Shown piece by piece: positions 49,167-53,702 of a DNA stretch of 53,702 nucleotides. The stretch lies in the NCBI GenBank assembly GCA_963575745.1, contig CAUYUJ010000296.1:62001-115702 (forward strand). The letters are read 5' to 3'. The translations under genes were made by a program, and so were the position numbers. The notes below the pieces were generated by a model, which had not been told where the DNA came from, did no database searches, and saw only the letters and a program-made list of their open reading frames with translations. Within the stretch, counting starts at the first letter, position 1. Each line of letters begins with the position of its first letter. The stretch comes from Prorocentrum cordatum (taxonomy: Eukaryota).

Positions 49167-50467
49167 TCACGACTTGTCGCCCCCGCCTTTCTTTCGGGCG
49201 GCTTCTCGCTCCTCGCGGCCCTTCCGGAGGGCCTTGTTGAGCTGCGCCTCCCGCTCCACGTCAACGCGAACCACGTCGAGGAGCTCCAGACAGATCATCA
49301 GCTGCCCCGAGCCCCGGCTGAGCCCCGAGAACGCCTGCTGCTCCTCGAGGCTGAGGCGGCCACTGTACCCTTTCGACTCCGCCTCCTTCGCCCGCTCGAG
49401 GTGGGCGAATTCAATGGTTTGCATTCTCCTCAGCAGCATCTCCACCATGACCAGATTCGTGCCGTCGAGCTGGTCGACGAGGAGGCCGGCCTTGACCGCC
49501 GCCGTCTCGAGGTGCTCGGCCACCCCCCAGGCGTTGGGCTCCAGGCGGCGCAGCGATCGAAAACGATCATGGTGAGCGTCCAAGCTGCCGCCCTCCGAGT
49601 TGATGTGCTCCAGGCACCACCCCGCCGTCCGGACGCCACCGAGCGTCCAGTCCTTGCCGAAGTCCTCCTTCGTCACCGCGGCACACATGTCAGCCCACGT
49701 GCGCTCCCGCCGCCCAAGCCTGTTGCGGCGCACCGGGAGGATGCGGGCGTCGCTGGCCACGATGCGGTCGAAGAACTCCTGCTCGTCTGCCGGCCGCAAG
49801 TACTGCACGAAGAGGCCCGAGCCGTCCGCAAGCCGGTGGATGTCCTTGTCCCCGATGGCGCCCGCTCCGGCCTGGTGGGGCACGTCGTCCCCCACGCGGA
49901 AGCCGCCGAAGCACTCGGCGGCGACCCAGCGAGCAGCACCACGTCCGTCAGCCGCGCCAACAGCCACAACCCCCTGCAGGGGCCCGACAGGCGGCGGCAC
50001 ACGCGCGGGCGCCGCGGCTCCGGGAGCAGCGGGCGCGCCCGCAGCAGCCACCACCGCGGCAGCCCCCGCGCCGGCCGCGGGTCCGCCCACCGGGACCGGC
50101 AGCAGGCAGTGGGCGTCCACCGCCGGGGCCGCCACGCCTTGGGCCGCAGCCCGGCGCACTCGCCCGCGGCCTCGGGCACCGCCGCGGCGAGGAAGGCGGC
50201 CCGCTGCGCCACCGTCGGCTCCGCCCGGAAGCGGTAGACGTCCCCGGGAGGGATGCCGTCCGGCAGCACGTTGAAGGCCGTCGCCCACCTCACAGCCGCG
50301 ACGTCGGCCGAGCCTGCACTGTAGTCCTCCGCGTACACGTGCCGGTCGGGGGTGGCGATCACGAAGAGCTTACCAGCCGATAACGCCACCTGACCCAGCA
50401 CCAGCCTCTGGTGCCAGACCTGCCGGGGGCCGGCCCCGATGTACAGCACGTACGCCCACGTCGCCAT
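49167..50467 (-). CDS. Gag-like ORF of the element (one frameshift near 50150)
   Basis: ATG 50467 MATWAYVLY..WHQRLVL..ATPDRHVYAE; continues in the 49167-50288 frame with helical and coiled-coil C-terminus; position upstream of RT; Gag identity is positional inference. Confidence 0.7.
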
Positions 50468-50882
50468 CGCTCACGGGGGCAGGCCCTGGCTCCGAGTCGT
50501 CCTGGATGGCGGCCCGCCTGCGCCTGCGACAGCACCGAGCCGCGCGCCGAGCGCTCAGCAGCGCCGCGGGCGCCGCGAGGCCGAAGGCCACGCCGCACAC
50601 GAACCAGAGCAGCCCCCAGCCGCGGCCGGCGCACGGGGCTGCCTCCGGGGCCTGCGGGCAGGCCGGCCACGCCGCCGGCCCAGCCGCCGGCGCGAGGCCC
50701 GGGCAGGCCGGGCAGGTCGGGCACGAGAGGCCCGGGCACGCGGGCGCCTGGCAGGCGCCGCAAGCCTGGCAGGTGAGCGCCGGGCAGGCCGGGCACGGCG
50801 GCGACGCTGGGCACCGCGCGATGTAGTTCACCAAGCCCTGCGCGGCGTACTCCCCCCCGCGCTGCACCACCTAGTCGAACAT
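50370..50882 (-). CDS. ORF0: small Cys/Pro-rich single-pass membrane protein (probable TGG>TAG at codon 4)
   Basis: ATG TTC GAC TAG GTG at 50882; repeated CPxC motifs, hydrophobic GWGLLWFVCGVAFGLAAPAALLSA, then CC and RRRRR; lies between repeat A1 and gag, overlapping the gag start. Confidence 0.6.
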
Positions 50883-53129
50883 GGGGGGTCCGCCGCGGGC
50901 GCCGCGCCTTTGAAGCTTGAGCCAAGATTGGACGGAAGACGCAAGGATGCTGCGATGATGATGAGGATGACGAGGGGGAGGAGCGAAGGCGGGGAGGAAT
51001 GAAATGAGACCAATGAAGGGAAGGCGGGGAAAGAGGGAGCGGAGAAGGGGGCGAGGGAGGGCGAATCCCCCTCCTCCTTCCTCGTTTTCCATATCCCCTC
51101 TCCTCATCCCCCTCCGTCTATTTCTCCCTGCGTCCATACACGTGACTTCACTTATCCTCACCTGGCCATCATGCGTCTTGGTAGGGCGGGCCAGACGTTT
51201 CGCCTGAGATGGCCCTGGCGCTTGAACATTGCAACAAACACACGGGTGGATGGGGCGGCCAACACGTGGTTATCGCCGTTGCGCCGCGCACATTCGTCTT
51301 AAACGTTACCAACTTTTGCACGGATGGGAGGGGGGGTTCAAACTGTGAGCAAGCATTCCAACATGGGGGGGGGGGTTACCAGCCTTTGCACGGATGTGCG
51401 ACATTGGTATTCTAAGTTGCCAACAGTTACACGGATGGAGGGCGGTTGCGTTTTAAACGACAGCGCTCGCCTTAGCGCCGCGCATACTTGTCTTAAACAC
51501 TTCCGAGTACAACGTTGCCTTCAAGGGGGTGACCAACATGTGGTTCTCGCCTTTACGCTGCGCGCCTTCGTCTTACACAAGTCCAACAATTACGCGGGTG
51601 GAGCGGGGCGGTTTCCATCAATTGACTCTCGCATTAGCGCCGCGCATATTCGTAGTACAAGTCACAAACAGTCACACGGATGGGGGGAGGGGGCGCTTTC
51701 CAAAGGTGGCTATCTCCTTACGCCCGCGCGCGTATGTTTGAACAACTCCAAACGACGGTTGTAAAGATGGAGAGGCAATTCCTTCTCTAAGTGTGGCTCT
51801 TGCCTCAGCGCCGCGCACATTCATGTGAAACAACTTTCAACGGCTATATGTATGGAGGGCGGTTCGTTTTCGAAGCTGAACTTCCACCCTAATTATCATG
51901 TCCAGACGTTTTAGAGTTGTGCAGCGGCTGCACGGATGCGCGACGGCTCAATTTCAATTCGGCGTTCTCGCTGGATGCTTCCTTGGACTTTCTGGTCCCA
52001 CTTCGTGACCGCCCTTATAGCCAGAGGCATGGATGAAGGCTCCTTTTCAAACGGGGCTTTCGCCTGAATTGCAGGACCATGGCACGCCCGTCTTACAAAA
52101 GGGGCCCTTTCCGCAGTGAGCAGGAATTCTTGTAGGGGGCTAATGAGTAGGGGACTCGGGACGGGTGGGCGTACTGCAACATTGTTGATTCATCTTTGGG
52201 TTTACTCTGGTCCTCTTCTTCTCCTACTCCTCTTCCTCCTCGTACATCACGCTCCTTTATCCTCCCCGTCCTCCCCCGCCTCTTTGTCATCCTCCATTTT
52301 CTGTGTCCCCACGTCCTCCTCATCCTCACCCCACAATCTCTCCCCACTCCTCACACATCCAAACTTTTCAAGCCGTCACATTCAAAACTTGTGACCGCTT
52401 TTCTCAACACGTTTTACCCTGCACCGTGTTGGAGGGGGTGAAGGGACAGAAGCGACCCCGAGATGCTGAGAAGAACGACGCACATTTGGCGCGACACTTC
52501 CGAGCCGCCAAAACATATAATCCCCTTTCTTCTTGACGCGCCCGGCATGGGAACGGGAAGAACGAGAACGATTCCCAACAGCAGACGTTGTCCAACATCG
52601 ACAACGTCCGCTGCTGGGTAATTCGGCGACTTTCTCCCGACGACGCCCGCGGCGACGCCAACAGCGAACTCTACTCACGTGAACAAGAGTTGCTGTCGGT
52701 TTTCGTCCCCGCTCCCTTCCTTCCCACTTCGGTCCTCCAGGTCGGTACCGATCGGTCCTCTGCAGCGACCTTTTCGGCGGCGCCAAGGGTCTGGGTTCCC
52801 AGACGCCTCCACAAATTTCCAGGGGTCACAAGATCCCCGCAGGTCCCGGGAAGCCTCCGCTGAGATCCTCGGAGGCACCCCGAGGGCCTACAAACTTCCA
52901 AAAAAACGGCGGCGCTCGAGGGGGGGAACTGAGAGGGAGAAGGCCTTCTCAGAAGGTTCGGAAGTCCCCCGGCCTTCTGAGAAGTTTTCTAAGCCTTCCC
53001 CAAAGACCAACAAACCTCGTCAGAAGGCGCGAGGGCTTCTGAGAAGTCCCGCCGCCTTCTGAGAAGGCCTTGCTCTTCTTCTTTCCCCTCTCGCTCGCCG
53101 CCGAAAAAACGTTCAAAAACCTTGAGAAC

Positions 53130-53540
53130 CTCGAGCCTCGATCCTCAATTCCCCCGTCTCCTGATCCTCGGACCTCGATCCTCGAGCCTCGGCCTCCGAT
53201 CCTGGAACCTGGGTCCTCGATTCTCGATCCTCGCTTTTCGAGCCCTGGCCCTCGATCCTCGAATCTCGACCTCCGATTCTGGAACCTCGCTCCCAACATC
53301 GGGGATCTGCTGACCCGGGTCAATCCAGACCCGGGTCAGCCGGGCCCTGAAAGATCCTGCAGGACCCTGCACCCAAACCCGGGTCAATGCGACCCTGGCC
53401 CCGCAAGATCCTGCAGGATCTGGCGCTCTGACGGACCCCCGTTTGCACTGACCCCCGTGTCTCGAGCCCCGACAGCATCTCGAATCTCGGTCCCGGTCCT
53501 CGAACCCCGTCCTCCCCGAGCCCATCGATCCTTCCGCCCC
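53130..53540. repeat. Degenerate 7-bp (cctcgat)-based repeats with short palindromes
   Basis: Direct reading. Confidence 0.7.
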
Positions 53541-53702
53541 CCTTTTCGAGTCGGGCGAAAGGGGGGGATAGCAAAGGGGAAGGTTGAGCATCAGCTCACG
53601 TAGCTGATTTTCCCCGCGCCTCCCGGCGCCGGAAGCGGCTATGTATCGAGGAAGGGGCCCCTCGGTAAGGCCGAAGCCAGCTGCATGCAGCAAATTTCGT
53701 AA

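Larger units (their letters stand above)
44270..50953 (-). mobile_element. Tyrosine-recombinase retrotransposon (DIRS order, split-direct-repeat PAT/Ngaro-like layout) carrying a C5 DNA methyltransferase
   Basis: A1(50911-50953)-ORF0-gag-RT/RH-YR-DNMT-B1(44544-44653)-A2(44453-44495)-B2(44270-44379); (GAT)n on both flanks; a few frameshifts and one probable nonsense change. Confidence 0.93.

Noticed and set aside
45920..50237. Long plus-strand ORFs opposite the retrotransposon genes
   Set aside because: Antisense shadows of GC-rich coding sequence with no motifs
52734..52760. Possible upstream UBX-gene exon (GPIGTDLE)
   Set aside because: Phase-compatible but has no recognisable motif, and several frames are equally plausible

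Overview
Eukaryotic, repeat-rich, GC-rich genomic DNA, almost certainly from a dinoflagellate: it contains a perfect 22-nt dinoflagellate spliced leader (DinoSL) and GC/GA splice donors. Most ORF-track entries are artefacts of (GGA/CCT)n, (TAG)n and (GAT/CAT)n microsatellites. Real content, all on the minus strand: (1) six short exons (42-120 nt, spread over about 27 kb, 16068-43121) that splice in frame into a coiled-coil + UBX-domain protein; (2) a structurally complete ~6.7-kb tyrosine-recombinase (DIRS-order) retrotransposon at 44270-50953 with split direct repeats, Gag-like, RT-RNase H, tyrosine recombinase and C5-cytosine methyltransferase regions. It also has an extra Cys/Pro-rich single-pass membrane ORF and an SL-like motif in its terminal repeat, and sits in a (GAT)n tract; (3) an intact, intronless, SL-headed retrocopy of a multi-pass membrane protein (3159-4270); (4) a decayed full-length LINE starting at a degenerate SL (about 9525-15353) and a second truncated LINE relic; (5) an EF-hand pseudogene. 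There are also several MITE-like and foldback elements, a T-shaped palindrome and minisatellites. All calls come from manual motif reading; no searches were run.
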